Below, in pieces: positions 1 to 9,362 of a stretch of 44,882 nucleotides of DNA. Both the position numbers and the translations under genes were made by a program. The notes under the pieces are model-generated. The model was given only the letters and a program-made list of their open reading frames with translations, had not been told where the DNA came from and ran no database searches. The DNA comes from a phage. The DNA is taken from the sequence record PZ445419.1; one strand, 5' to 3'. How positions within the stretch are numbered: position 1 is the first letter of the stretch; every line of letters starts with the position of its first letter.

Positions 1-1386
1 ATGCGTAACTATGCGGCAGAACACCGCGCACTGGAACGCGCGATCGCAAAGCGCAACCGACCGCCGCGCCCGACACGCGTTGCGCAGGCCGTCCGCCTTT
101 ACCAGCCCGATTGCCTTCCCCACCAGGTGGAACTACTGCGCGACACAAAGACCAAAATACTCGGCCTGTGTTCCGGCTTCGGTGGCGGAAAGTCGTGGGT
201 TGCCGCGCGAAAGGTCATCCAGCTTTTAACACTGAACCCCGGTCATGATGGCATCGTGACAGAACCGACTATTCCACTTCTGGTCAAAATCATGTACCCG
301 GAATTGGAAAAGGCATTCGACGAGGCTGGATTTCGGTGGAAGTTCAATAAGCAGGACAAGATTTATAGCGTGCTGGTGAAAGGCAAATGGACGCGCGTAA
401 TCTGTGAGTCAATGGAGAACTACACCCGCCTAATCGGGGTCAACGCCGCATGGATTGTTGCCGACGAGTTTGACACCACGAAACAAGACGTCGCAATGGC
501 GGCATATCACAAATTGCTTGGCCGTCTGCGTGCTGGCTTGGTTCGCCAGTTCGTCATCGTATCCACGCCGGAAGGCTTCCGGGCGATGTACCAGATTTTC
601 GAAGTGGAGAAGGATAGCCAGAAGCGTTTGATCCGGGCGAAGACTACCGATAATCACCATTTACCGGCAGACTTTATCGACACGCTGCGCAGTCAGTACC
701 CGGCTAACCTGATTGATGCGTACCTGAACGGCCTGTTTGTTAACCTTACGTCGGGCGCGGTGTACAAGATGTTCAACCGCGAGGAGAACGCCAGCACCGA
801 AGAAGTGCAGCCGGACGACACGCTGATTATCGGTATGGACTTTAACGTCACGAAGATGGCGGCGGTTGTGTACGTCAGACGGCAGCGAGTCACCGAGAAC
901 AAGGAGTTCCGCGACGAGATTCACGCGGTGGATGAATTTGTGGACCTGTTTGACACCCCAGCTATGATTGAGGCGATCGAAGAGCGCTACCCGGAACATT
1001 GTGCCGCCGGTAGGGTCGTCGTTTACCCGGATAGCAGTGGCAAATCCCGCAAGACGGTCAACGCGTCGTCGTCCGATATCGCGCAACTGGAAGACGCGGG
1101 CTTCGATGTGGAATATGACAGCGTTAACCCGCCTGTGAAAGACAGACTTATCGCGATGAATACGATGATGTGCAACTCGAAGGGCGTGCGCCAGTATTTT
1201 GTCAACCTGGATAAATGCCCTACACTAGCGAAATGTCTGGAACAGCAGGTGTACGACCTGAAGAAAGGCGAACCGGATAAAACAGCCGGTGTGGACCACA
1301 TGAATGACGCGGCGGGCTACCCTATTGCGCACTTGTTCCCTGTGATTCGACCGATCGCCGTTGTTCCAACCGTAGACTTCTACTAA
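1..1386 (+). CDS. terL: terminase large subunit
   Basis: 461-aa ORF with Walker A-like GLCSGFGGGKSW near the N-terminus; first gene of the head block, portal follows; its ATG at base 1 overlaps the stop of the terS-like ORF running off the window end. Confidence 0.85.
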   Translation: MRNYAAEHRALERAIAKRNRPPRPTRVAQAVRLYQPDCLPHQVELLRDTKTKILGLCSGFGGGKSWVAARKVIQLLTLNPGHDGIVTEPTIPLLVKIMYPELEKAFDEAGFRWKFNKQDKIYSVLVKGKWTRVICESMENYTRLIGVNAAWIVADEFDTTKQDVAMAAYHKLLGRLRAGLVRQFVIVSTPEGFRAMYQIFEVEKDSQKRLIRAKTTDNHHLPADFIDTLRSQYPANLIDAYLNGLFVNLTSGAVYKMFNREENASTEEVQPDDTLIIGMDFNVTKMAAVVYVRRQRVTENKEFRDEIHAVDEFVDLFDTPAMIEAIEERYPEHCAAGRVVVYPDSSGKSRKTVNASSSDIAQLEDAGFDVEYDSVNPPVKDRLIAMNTMMCNSKGVRQYFVNLDKCPTLAKCLEQQVYDLKKGEPDKTAGVDHMNDAAGYPIAHLFPVIRPIAVVPTVDFY

Positions 1387-1396
1387 GGAAACGACC

Positions 1397-2917
1397 ATGA
1401 CCGTTAACGTTGACAACCAGCACCCGCTCTATGCGCGCATCGCGCCAGAGTGGAAAATGATCCGTGACTGCGTAGCAGGGGAGCGCGCCGTGAAGGCGTG
1501 CGGCCCCTTATACCTGCCACACCCAGCCAGTGGCGACAACACTGACCCGAAAGCACGGGCGCGGTATAAGGCGTACAAGCAACGCGCTGTATTCCTGAAC
1601 GCCACCGCCCGCACACTTAACGCGCTGTTAGGCGTTGCCTTTGCTAAACCGGTAAGTCTCGACCTTTCCGGGGCGATGGCGGACCTTATTGACGACGTAG
1701 ACGGCAGTGGTATGCCGCTGCCGCAACTCCTGCGCGGTGCTATGTCAGAAGTGCTGCAATCAGGTCGTGCGGGCTTTATGGTGGACTACGATCGCCAGGC
1801 GCATTTTGATGAACTGGGTAACGTAGTGCCGCAGACCGCCGCGGAGATGGCGTCACACCGCCCGCTTATCCGCCTGTACTCGGCAGAACAGATCATCAAC
1901 TGGCGGCAGACCCACGGCGTCGATACGCTAATTGTGCTGAAGGAAACGGACGAAATCAGCACCGAAGACCCGGACGACTTCGCAAACCACGAAGTAACAA
2001 TCTGGACCGAGCTTCGCATGATTAACGGCGCTGCACACGCCCGCCGCTGGTTCTACAACGCGGACACGTCCGAGGTGCAAATGGACTTGCCGCGTGGATT
2101 CACCCGCACCGACCTTGTACCGCTGGTGGATGCTGCCGGTAATGCGCTGACACAACTTCCGTTTTGCTGGTGTGGCGCGGTAGACAACAACGCGACGCCT
2201 GACGCCGCGCCGCTGGCGGATATTGCGTCCATCAACATTAAGCACTACAACGCCGAAGCGGACGTCGCCGAGATTGCGCACATCGTGGGCCAACCTACCC
2301 TGGTTGCGACAGGCTTGACTCAATCGTGGGCGGACAAAAACCTGAAAGGCGGCATCGCGCTCGGAGCTACTAAGGGCGTTATCCTGGGTCAGAACATGGA
2401 CGCTAAACTGATCCAGGCCGAGGAGCGCAACTTGTCTGTTGCACTGTGTGAGCGCCGCGAATTGCAAATGGCTAAACTGGGCGCAGCCCTGGTTGAGAAG
2501 GGGACCGCACCTAAGACGGCAACCGAGGCGGCCTATGATGCGCAGACTGATAACAGTATCCTGTCGCTTATTGCCGGTAACGTTGAGAAGGCTTTCAACC
2601 GTGCGCTGCAAATCGTGCAGCTATTCACGGGCGACACCGCTGATCAACGCGTAACGCTGAATAAGTTCTACACCGAGATCACGGTTGATGCGCAGCTTAT
2701 GACCGCGATGATGTCGGGTGTGCAGACTGGTACGGTCCGCCTGGCTGATTTCATCAAGTGGATGATGGCGCAGGGGGTCATCGACGACTCGCAAACCGTC
2801 GAGCAGGTGGAAGACGAATTGCGAAATCAGAATCCATTGCCTCAAATGTCCCCTGATGCGGTAGAATCTACCGAAGAAGACCCGGACAAGGTAGCGGACA
2901 ATGGCGAAGACAATTAA
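1397..2917 (+). CDS. portal protein
   Basis: 506-aa ORF directly after terL with AAGGA RBS; size, position and acidic C-terminal tail are typical of portal proteins. Confidence 0.75.
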   Translation: MTVNVDNQHPLYARIAPEWKMIRDCVAGERAVKACGPLYLPHPASGDNTDPKARARYKAYKQRAVFLNATARTLNALLGVAFAKPVSLDLSGAMADLIDDVDGSGMPLPQLLRGAMSEVLQSGRAGFMVDYDRQAHFDELGNVVPQTAAEMASHRPLIRLYSAEQIINWRQTHGVDTLIVLKETDEISTEDPDDFANHEVTIWTELRMINGAAHARRWFYNADTSEVQMDLPRGFTRTDLVPLVDAAGNALTQLPFCWCGAVDNNATPDAAPLADIASINIKHYNAEADVAEIAHIVGQPTLVATGLTQSWADKNLKGGIALGATKGVILGQNMDAKLIQAEERNLSVALCERRELQMAKLGAALVEKGTAPKTATEAAYDAQTDNSILSLIAGNVEKAFNRALQIVQLFTGDTADQRVTLNKFYTEITVDAQLMTAMMSGVQTGTVRLADFIKWMMAQGVIDDSQTVEQVEDELRNQNPLPQMSPDAVESTEEDPDKVADNGEDN

Positions 2918-4004
2918 TCAACATTTGGCGGATCGAATGATTCGCCGTCACATCTTCACCCAGCGCCTGAGCAATGAACAGGCGCGGAGGGTGCTGGCTA
3001 TGTGGGAGAAGTTCCGGCCCACTTTACTTGGTAAGCTGACCGAGTTACTTGATGGCAAAAAGTCCATGAGCAACAAGGCACTTACCACACTGTTAACCCA
3101 AATCGACAAGACCGTCAAAACGGAACTGCGCGCCGAGTTTAAAGTGCTGGCGGAGAGCCTTCAGGAGTTCGCCGACACCGAGGCTGATTATCTCGCGGAC
3201 ACACTAACGGCAGCGATCCAGCCCGCGGTCGCCGTACCAGCGGTTGAGGTGGTGGGTGTAGTGACTGGCGCGCAGATTGCAGCGACGGCAATGAAAAACC
3301 CGTTCCAGGGTAATACGATGATGCAATGGCCTGATTCACTTTCCGAGTGGACCAGGACGCAGATCGGCAATCAGGTGCGCGCTGGATTCATCCAGGGCAA
3401 GCCGACGATGGAAATTATTGCGGACGTGAGGCGCGCGCTAGGCGGTCGTAGTGCGCAAGCAATCTCAAGCGTTGTTAAGTCCGCGGTCAACCACTATGCG
3501 GCGACCGCCCGCGAATTAATGGTAAAAGCTAATGACGATATTCTCGAAGGTCGCCAATGGTTGGCTACATTGGACACGCATACTTCTCCCATGTGCCAGC
3601 TACGCGATCGCCTGTTTTATCCGGTTGATGTTACTCCCGACACCAAAGGAAAACGCGGCGGGAAAGTGGTGGCGGGATCACAATATGGCGCTGGTCCGGG
3701 CAAGCTGCATTATTGCTGCCGATCGACGGAGACGTGGAAAGTTAAGGGCATGGAAGATTGGCCCAGTGGTAAGCGTCCGGCACTGAAGGCTGACGCGGGC
3801 AGGTTGCTGAGTGAGCAGGTCGACGCGCAGACTGATTTCTTCTCGTGGGTGCAGCGCCAGCCGCGCCATATCCTGGAGGAGTTATATGGAGTGCAACGCG
3901 CCGACCAGATTATGCGCGGCGTGAAAGTGCCGAAGATGTTTACCGATACGGGCGAACTAATGACTATTGCGCAGCTTAAAAACCGGGGGCTATGGCGTGA
4001 TTAA
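2901..4004 (+). CDS. head morphogenesis protein (SPP1 gp7 / Mu F-like)
   Basis: 367-aa ORF overlapping the portal 3' end; position and sequence character match minor head/morphogenesis proteins. Confidence 0.6.
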   Translation: MAKTINQHLADRMIRRHIFTQRLSNEQARRVLAMWEKFRPTLLGKLTELLDGKKSMSNKALTTLLTQIDKTVKTELRAEFKVLAESLQEFADTEADYLADTLTAAIQPAVAVPAVEVVGVVTGAQIAATAMKNPFQGNTMMQWPDSLSEWTRTQIGNQVRAGFIQGKPTMEIIADVRRALGGRSAQAISSVVKSAVNHYAATARELMVKANDDILEGRQWLATLDTHTSPMCQLRDRLFYPVDVTPDTKGKRGGKVVAGSQYGAGPGKLHYCCRSTETWKVKGMEDWPSGKRPALKADAGRLLSEQVDAQTDFFSWVQRQPRHILEELYGVQRADQIMRGVKVPKMFTDTGELMTIAQLKNRGLWRD

Positions 4005-4305
4005 GTATGCAGCGATTGGGTTGGTAATAGGTCTGGCGGTTGGATTCTGGCAGGGTGACTCCTACCGCACTGGCGTTGAGGCGAGAGCGGCGCAAGAAGC
4101 GCAAGCGAAAGCCCAACGGCAGCAAACTAAGGTTGTCGAGGGGGCCGTGCAGGCAGAACAGGCCCGCGACGTGGAATACCGGACTATCACGAAAGAGGTT
4201 GTAAAATATGTTACGCGTCCTAACCGTCCTGATTGCCGTTTTGATGATGAGCGCGTGCGGATCAAGCAAAGCGCCATCGACGCCGCTAACCGAGTCGGTC
4301 TATAG
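3997..4305 (+). CDS. i-spanin (Rz-like), inner-membrane lysis protein
   Basis: N-terminal TM segment YAAIGLVIGLAVGFW followed by an A/Q/E/R-rich coiled-coil; GTG start at 3997 has a GGGGG RBS (ORF track opens at TTG 3967); contains an embedded +1-frame lipoprotein ORF. Confidence 0.5.
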   Translation: MIKYAAIGLVIGLAVGFWQGDSYRTGVEARAAQEAQAKAQRQQTKVVEGAVQAEQARDVEYRTITKEVVKYVTRPNRPDCRFDDERVRIKQSAIDAANRVGL

Positions 4306-4438
4306 ACCGCCTTGCACCTTTGAGAATGCCTCGGCAGATCCAGACGAAGACTTGCTGGTTGATGTTAAAAATATGGAATGCGGGGCTAAGCTAAGGGCGC
4401 AAGTGCTGGATTTGCAGAAAATAATTCGGGGGCCGTAA
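4208..4438 (+). CDS. o-spanin (Rz1-like), outer-membrane lipoprotein
   Basis: 76-aa ORF starting inside the Rz-like gene in the +1 frame and extending past it; signal peptide with lipobox-like LMMSAC; Pro-rich mature part with Cys residues. Confidence 0.5.
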   Translation: MLRVLTVLIAVLMMSACGSSKAPSTPLTESVYRPPCTFENASADPDEDLLVDVKNMECGAKLRAQVLDLQKIIRGP

Positions 4439-4451
4439 TGGCCCCCCTTTT
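4428..4451. terminator. intrinsic terminator hairpin between convergent genes
   Basis: Perfect 7-bp G/C stem GGGGGCC-gtaat-GGCCCCC followed by CTTTT on the plus strand; U-rich (GAAUUAUUUUC) after the stem on the minus strand; the Rz1-like stop codon lies in the loop. Confidence 0.6.
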
Positions 4452-4452
4452 G

Positions 4453-5217
4453 TTAGCGCGGAATACCGCAAATCTCGTTTAACGTCTTCACGTCCAGCGC
4501 CACCGCCGTGGACTTCGGCTTGTCCGGGTAAGGAATGAACTGTTCCACTTCAGGCCACGCCTTGATCAGCTTCTTATCGGTATTGTGCATATCCAGCACG
4601 CCAGTAACCGTTAGTTTGAACGCGTCATACTTCGCGCGCAATTCGCGGCGGGCCTTGTCGTTACGGTCCAGGCGCTTGCAGAAATCATGATCCGCCGGGT
4701 AGTCCGCGCGACCGCGAGGAAGATATATCGGCAACGCTTTCCCGTCCTCGTCCACTTCGCACACTGACGCGAGCATAACAGCCTCGAACCCCGGAACGAT
4801 ATCGCCGAGATCAGGCGCGAGCTTATTCATATATTTCTCTTCCCAGTATCCGCGATGTATGCGGTGTTGGCGACCGTCGCCGCTCAATGACAAGGTGCGA
4901 ACATTGCCGCCTGCGTTGATTTCAAAGGTGGCGTTGTAAACGCTGCCGATACCTTTCTGGCGGTCGGTGTTATAGCTATACGTCGCCTTGTTGGTGTATA
5001 CGCTGACGCCGTACATCTGCGACTGGTCGTCGAGGATTGCCTTGATATGCTCGCGGAGCGCTGCGAACGTGCGAATGCCTTCCGGCATACAGTCCAGCGT
5101 GATTGCGTACGCCAGATCGCGTGAGTCCATCATGATTTGTTTGGCTTCGGTTGCGATTTCGTGGTCGCGCAGGATGTTAGCCAGAATCTGGTTTTTAATG
5201 TCTTTTGTCAGTCTCAT
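4453..5217 (-). CDS. hypothetical protein; reverse-oriented moron in the head module
   Basis: 254-aa ORF on the opposite strand from all flanking structural genes; ATG at 5217 with GAGGA RBS (track ORF starts 15 codons upstream); own sigma70-like promoter and terminator; no recognisable domain. Confidence 0.6.
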   Translation of the reverse strand: MRLTKDIKNQILANILRDHEIATEAKQIMMDSRDLAYAITLDCMPEGIRTFAALREHIKAILDDQSQMYGVSVYTNKATYSYNTDRQKGIGSVYNATFEINAGGNVRTLSLSGDGRQHRIHRGYWEEKYMNKLAPDLGDIVPGFEAVMLASVCEVDEDGKALPIYLPRGRADYPADHDFCKRLDRNDKARRELRAKYDAFKLTVTGVLDMHNTDKKLIKAWPEVEQFIPYPDKPKSTAVALDVKTLNEICGIPR

Positions 5218-5246
5218 TTTTGTGTCCTCGTTGTTGGTGTGCAACC

Positions 5247-5276
5247 AATATAGCGCAACCAATTCCCGCAGTGCAA
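5247..5276 (-). promoter_or_regulatory. candidate sigma70-type promoter of the moron with two ATTGGTTGC motif copies
   Basis: Minus strand reads TTGCAC-18 nt-TATATT; ATTGGTTGC copies in the spacer and overlapping/just after the -10 (plus-strand GCAACCAAT at 5241-5249 and 5255-5263). Confidence 0.4.
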
Positions 5277-5365
5277 GCGAATTTTGCGATTATTTTTATC
5301 GCTGATAATATTAAGGCGTGAAGTCAAGCGGGTGGCCCGCTTTGCCACAATCCCAGGGGGATAGC

Positions 5366-6070
5366 ATGAAACTTACTAAAGCAGAATATGACGCGTTGCC
5401 GGAAGGCATGAAGGCGCTTTTTGTTGCCGATGGCGACGGGTATAAATCAACGTTCATGACCGCAGAAGAAGTACAGGCGGAAATCAAGGGTCTGAAAGAC
5501 AACAACGCGAAGCTGGTGAGCGAGAAGAAAGCAGAAGCTGAACGCCGCGCCGAAGCTGAGCGCCTTGCGAAAGAGAAAGAGGAAGCCGCCGCGCGCAAAA
5601 ATGGCGACCTCGAAGCGATCGACAAGTCCTGGAAAGATAAGTTTGCGAAACACGAAGCAGACACATCGGGAAAAATCGAAGCCTACCGCAAGCAGATCCA
5701 CGATCTAACCATCGGCAGCGCTGCCAAAGACCTGGCGTCGAAGCTGTTCGGTAAGAATGCGGGCATCATGCAACGCCACGTAATGGACCGCCTGACGCTG
5801 GAAGACGGCGAAGACGGCAGCTTGAAAGTGCGTGTCTTACAGGATGGCAAACCATCCGCGCTGACTATGGAAGAGCTTGAAAAAGAGTTCCGTAATAACG
5901 CCGATTTTGCATCCGTCCTGGCGGGCACGCCAGCAGGCGGCGCGCCTAGCAAACCGACGCAGGTTGTCGAAGATGTGAAGTCTAAAATTACGATGGGCCA
6001 TAGCTTCGGTATCACCGATCTCACCAAACAGGCGGGGGATATCATCGCGAAGATGGGCGACGACGAGTAA
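5366..6070 (+). CDS. scaffolding protein (putative)
   Basis: 234-aa charged, coiled-coil-rich ORF (KAEAERRAEAERLAKEKEEAA) immediately upstream of the major capsid gene; ATG 5366 with AGGGGGA RBS. Confidence 0.6.
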   Translation: MKLTKAEYDALPEGMKALFVADGDGYKSTFMTAEEVQAEIKGLKDNNAKLVSEKKAEAERRAEAERLAKEKEEAAARKNGDLEAIDKSWKDKFAKHEADTSGKIEAYRKQIHDLTIGSAAKDLASKLFGKNAGIMQRHVMDRLTLEDGEDGSLKVRVLQDGKPSALTMEELEKEFRNNADFASVLAGTPAGGAPSKPTQVVEDVKSKITMGHSFGITDLTKQAGDIIAKMGDDE

Positions 6071-6074
6071 GCAG

Positions 6075-6099
6075 ATCGCCCGCTTTCGCGGGCGATTTT
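6075..6099 (+). terminator. intrinsic terminator after scaffold gene
   Basis: ATCGCCCGC-tttc-GCGGGCGAT stem-loop followed by TTTT. Confidence 0.5.
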
Positions 6100-6167
6100 G
6101 CTAGCGCGGAAATCTAAGGTAACATTAACGTCACTGGGCGAATGCTCACAACTCAAAGGATTTCGAT

Positions 6168-7268
6168 ATGTCTTTAACAGTGTTCCAGCGTAAACTCGTT
6201 ACCGCGGTTACGCAAATGATCCCCGACAACCTGAACGTTTTCAACGCCGCCGCCAATGGCGCTGTTGTTCTCGGTACTGGTGAAGTGCTGAAGGATGTTA
6301 TTGAGAAAATGTCCGTAGGCTTGATCGCCAACCTCGTTACCGACCGTAACGCCTATGCCCCCGTCGGTACTCCGGCGACCGCAAAAGTGCTGGCGCGTAT
6401 GCTGACCAACTCGGTAAACCTTTCCGCGAAAGTGGGTCCGGTAGCAATCACTAAGGCTATGATGGCTAAGATCGAAACCAACGTTAACAGCGTTGCGGCG
6501 GAGATTGCGGCACAGGCTACTCAAGCGATTATGCTGCACTACCTGAAAGCTGGTATCGGCGCAAGTAAAGCGGCGATCGAAAGCAACGCAGCGGCAAAAT
6601 ACACCCAACCGGCGCGCGTTGACGGCGTTGGCGGTCGTACCTTCCCGACCCTGGCAGACTTCCCGCTGGCGGCTTCTAAGTTCGGCGATCAGGCGTCTTT
6701 GATTAAGTCCTGGTTTATGGACGGCGTTACCTGGGCAAACTTCATTGCGTACCAGGCACTCCCTTCCGCTGAACAGGTATTCGCAATTGGCGATCTCCAG
6801 GTAATGGGTGATGGCCTGGGTCGTCGCTTCATTATCTCCGATGCCGCTGCCGATGCTATGGGCGCTGGTAACATGCTGGGTCTGGTCCCTGGCGCGGTTG
6901 CAGTTACCACCAACGGCCTTGATATGCTGGCGCAGGAGAAAGGCGGTAACGAGAACATCGAACGCTGGTGGCAGGGCGAGTTCGACTTCAACGTGGCTGT
7001 TAAAGGCTATCGTCTGAAGGCGTCTGCTCGTACCCCGATCGAAGGCGTCCGCTCTTTCAAGCTGTCAGATATCACCACTAAGGATAACTGGGAGCTTGAC
7101 CAGGGCCAGGTAGACAACGCACCGGCAACCGTGCAGGACGTTGGCGCTGTGGGTGATGGCGATACTAAAGGTCGCCGTAAAACCCAGGCCGCACAGGAAG
7201 TGCCAACCCGTCACATCAAGGAAACCGCAGGCGTACTGGTTACGCTGACTGCGACCACAGCGTCCTAA
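6168..7268 (+). CDS. major capsid protein
   Basis: 366-aa ORF after the scaffold gene with AAGGA RBS, followed by a strong terminator; composition typical of HK97-fold capsid proteins. Confidence 0.8.
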   Translation: MSLTVFQRKLVTAVTQMIPDNLNVFNAAANGAVVLGTGEVLKDVIEKMSVGLIANLVTDRNAYAPVGTPATAKVLARMLTNSVNLSAKVGPVAITKAMMAKIETNVNSVAAEIAAQATQAIMLHYLKAGIGASKAAIESNAAAKYTQPARVDGVGGRTFPTLADFPLAASKFGDQASLIKSWFMDGVTWANFIAYQALPSAEQVFAIGDLQVMGDGLGRRFIISDAAADAMGAGNMLGLVPGAVAVTTNGLDMLAQEKGGNENIERWWQGEFDFNVAVKGYRLKASARTPIEGVRSFKLSDITTKDNWELDQGQVDNAPATVQDVGAVGDGDTKGRRKTQAAQEVPTRHIKETAGVLVTLTATTAS

Positions 7269-7285
7269 CAGGCGCACATCCCAAA

Positions 7286-7311
7286 GGGGCGGGCTTATGC
7301 CCGCCTTTTTT
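7286..7311 (+). terminator. intrinsic terminator after major capsid gene
   Basis: GGCGGGC-ttat-GCCCGCC stem followed by TTTTTT. Confidence 0.65.
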
Positions 7312-7326
7312 ATAGGAGTGAATACA

Positions 7327-7827
7327 ATGTATGGCGACCCGCAAACCTTTGTCGATTATGCCTCTGCGCGAGGCGTTGAAATTACGCTAGGCGACGCAAC
7401 GCGACACCTTACCATCGTTAATGACTTCCTTAACGGCATCAATTGGGTCGGCGAACAAGCGGACCCGACCGGAATCGACGCATGGCCCCGCATCAATTAC
7501 CAATCGGACGGGAAGCCGGTGCGCGACACGCTAACCGAAGTCGTGGCGGTAGTGCCTGTCGGGCAAATCGTAGACTTTGCATCAATCCCCGTTGCCGTTG
7601 AGCAAGCTGTTTACCGGCTGGCGCTGTTGGTGGCGGACGAGATCGATATTTCTCCTGTTGGCAGTGGTAAGGAGACTATCCGCGAAACTGTCGGCCCGAT
7701 CACGATGGAATATGACCCCGCGACGATTGGTAGCGGTGTCTCGTTCCCGTGGTGGGATGGCTTGCTGGGCCACTGGATTGACTCAGACGGCAACGCAGCG
7801 GGTAATTTTGATGTATTCCGGGGGTAA
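7327..7827 (+). CDS. head-tail connector / head completion protein (putative)
   Basis: 166-aa ORF with GGAG RBS, between capsid and tail genes; function inferred from position only. Confidence 0.45.
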   Translation: MYGDPQTFVDYASARGVEITLGDATRHLTIVNDFLNGINWVGEQADPTGIDAWPRINYQSDGKPVRDTLTEVVAVVPVGQIVDFASIPVAVEQAVYRLALLVADEIDISPVGSGKETIRETVGPITMEYDPATIGSGVSFPWWDGLLGHWIDSDGNAAGNFDVFRG

Positions 7828-7828
7828 T

Positions 7829-7945
7829 ATGAATCCTGCATTACTGGCGGCTATTATCGCCGCAAATACTAAACGCCAACCAGAACCGGAACCAGCGCCA
7901 GAACCGGAACCACCGGTACAGGAGGATGATAATGGCGGGCTTTAA
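7829..7945 (+). CDS. small Pro/Glu-repeat protein (hypothetical)
   Basis: 38-codon ORF MNPALLAAIIAANTKRQPEPEPAPEPEPPVQEDDNGGL, abuts the upstream gene and overlaps the next start. Confidence 0.3.
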   Translation: MNPALLAAIIAANTKRQPEPEPAPEPEPPVQEDDNGGL

Positions 7946-8285
7946 TTACGCGGGGTTAAAGCGGAAAGTCAATCCGTTGATTAAAAAGTTCGGCATGACG
8001 GCTACGGTGACGCGTCCGGGGTCGGTTGACCGCGTAGACGGCGACGAAGTGATAATCCCGCCAACGTCGTTCGACGTCATCGGTCTTCGAGAGGAGTACA
8101 ATCCGAGCGAGATCGACGGGACGCGTATCGTTGCCGGAGATGTGAAGTTTTTGTGTCAGGCCGTCAAGCAGGTAAAGGTCGGGGATTTGGTTAGCCTGAA
8201 CAATACAGACTACCGGGTTATCAATCCCAACCCCCTGCAACCGGCGGGCCAGACCATGCTGTTTCAACTACAGCTAAGGGGCTAA
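7932..8285 (+). CDS. head-tail joining protein (putative)
   Basis: 117-aa ORF with AGGAGG RBS in the connector region. Confidence 0.5.
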   Translation: MAGFNYAGLKRKVNPLIKKFGMTATVTRPGSVDRVDGDEVIIPPTSFDVIGLREEYNPSEIDGTRIVAGDVKFLCQAVKQVKVGDLVSLNNTDYRVINPNPLQPAGQTMLFQLQLRG

Positions 8286-8286
8286 C

Positions 8287-8880
8287 GTGGCTGAAGTCTA
8301 CTCGTTCGCCGCCACTATTGCTACGTGGGTGGATAAGACGAAGGAGAACAACGACAAGGCGGTGCGGGCGTACGGTATGCAAATACTCGGACGCCTGATC
8401 GAGATCTCCCCAGTGGGCGACCCGCGCCGATGGAAAATTAACAGGGCTTACGCGCTCGCCCGCCAGCACGCAAACAAGGTGAACGCCGCACAGCGTCGCA
8501 AGAATGGCGGCAAACTGAAGCGCGGTCAGAAGAAGCACGCCAGTGTGCTGGTATCATTCAAAACTAAAAACGGCAACGTCACGTTCCGCCAGCGCGGCTG
8601 GGCCGCGAAGAATTACACCGGGGGGCGCTTCCGGGGGAACTGGCAGGTGACGTTCGACCGCCCGGCTGTGGGCGCTATTGACCGCGTGGACAAGGCCGGA
8701 ACGGCAACATTAGCCGCTGGGCGTGAAGTGCTGGCACATTACGATTCGAGTGAATACGGGTCGATCTGGTTTACTAACAACGTGCCATACGCGCAGCGCC
8801 TAGAGTATGGCTGGAGTAAACAAGCGCCCGCGGGGATTGTTCGCGTAGTAGCGGCAGAAATTAATTCGAAGGTGAAATAA
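8287..8880 (+). CDS. HK97 gp10-like tail/neck component
   Basis: 197-aa ORF (GTG start) with C-terminal NNVPYAQRLEYGW motif resembling the HK97 gp10 family signature. Confidence 0.55.
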   Translation: MAEVYSFAATIATWVDKTKENNDKAVRAYGMQILGRLIEISPVGDPRRWKINRAYALARQHANKVNAAQRRKNGGKLKRGQKKHASVLVSFKTKNGNVTFRQRGWAAKNYTGGRFRGNWQVTFDRPAVGAIDRVDKAGTATLAAGREVLAHYDSSEYGSIWFTNNVPYAQRLEYGWSKQAPAGIVRVVAAEINSKVK

Positions 8881-9302
8881 TGAGCAATACTCTAATCCGC
8901 AAGGCGCTTAACCGCGTGGTAGAAGATTTATCGGTAAGCCTGAGCACCAGCCAGCGACCGATCCTTGTTAACTGGGAGAACGTGCAAGGGGACCACGCAA
9001 ACGGCAGCGGTGTCTACCTGGAACCATATCTGCTTCCGGCCCCTACCCAGTTTGTGGGCTTCCAGCAGAAGGGCCGGATCTATGCAGGCGTGTATCAGAT
9101 TGCCGTGGTATTTCCTGCGGGCACTGGCACACAGTATGCGAGCGAATTGGCGGACGCCATTGCGACGTCAGACAAGTGGCAGGCCGTAAGGCTTACCGGC
9201 GCTGCATTCCAGCTTCAGGACGCGCCATACACCAGTTCAGTGATTGAGGATGTTGACCGCGCCCGCATCGTGGTTACAGTGCCCTATTCCTGTTGTGCCT
9301 GA
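8880..9302 (+). CDS. tail terminator / tail completion protein (putative)
   Basis: 140-aa ORF with ATGA start/stop overlap to the upstream gene, immediately before the major tail protein. Confidence 0.45.
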   Translation: MSNTLIRKALNRVVEDLSVSLSTSQRPILVNWENVQGDHANGSGVYLEPYLLPAPTQFVGFQQKGRIYAGVYQIAVVFPAGTGTQYASELADAIATSDKWQAVRLTGAAFQLQDAPYTSSVIEDVDRARIVVTVPYSCCA

Positions 9303-9362
9303 TTTGGCGCAATTCTGCGCGTGCTGTATCATTAAACCGTATATCTAAACAGGAGCTTTATT

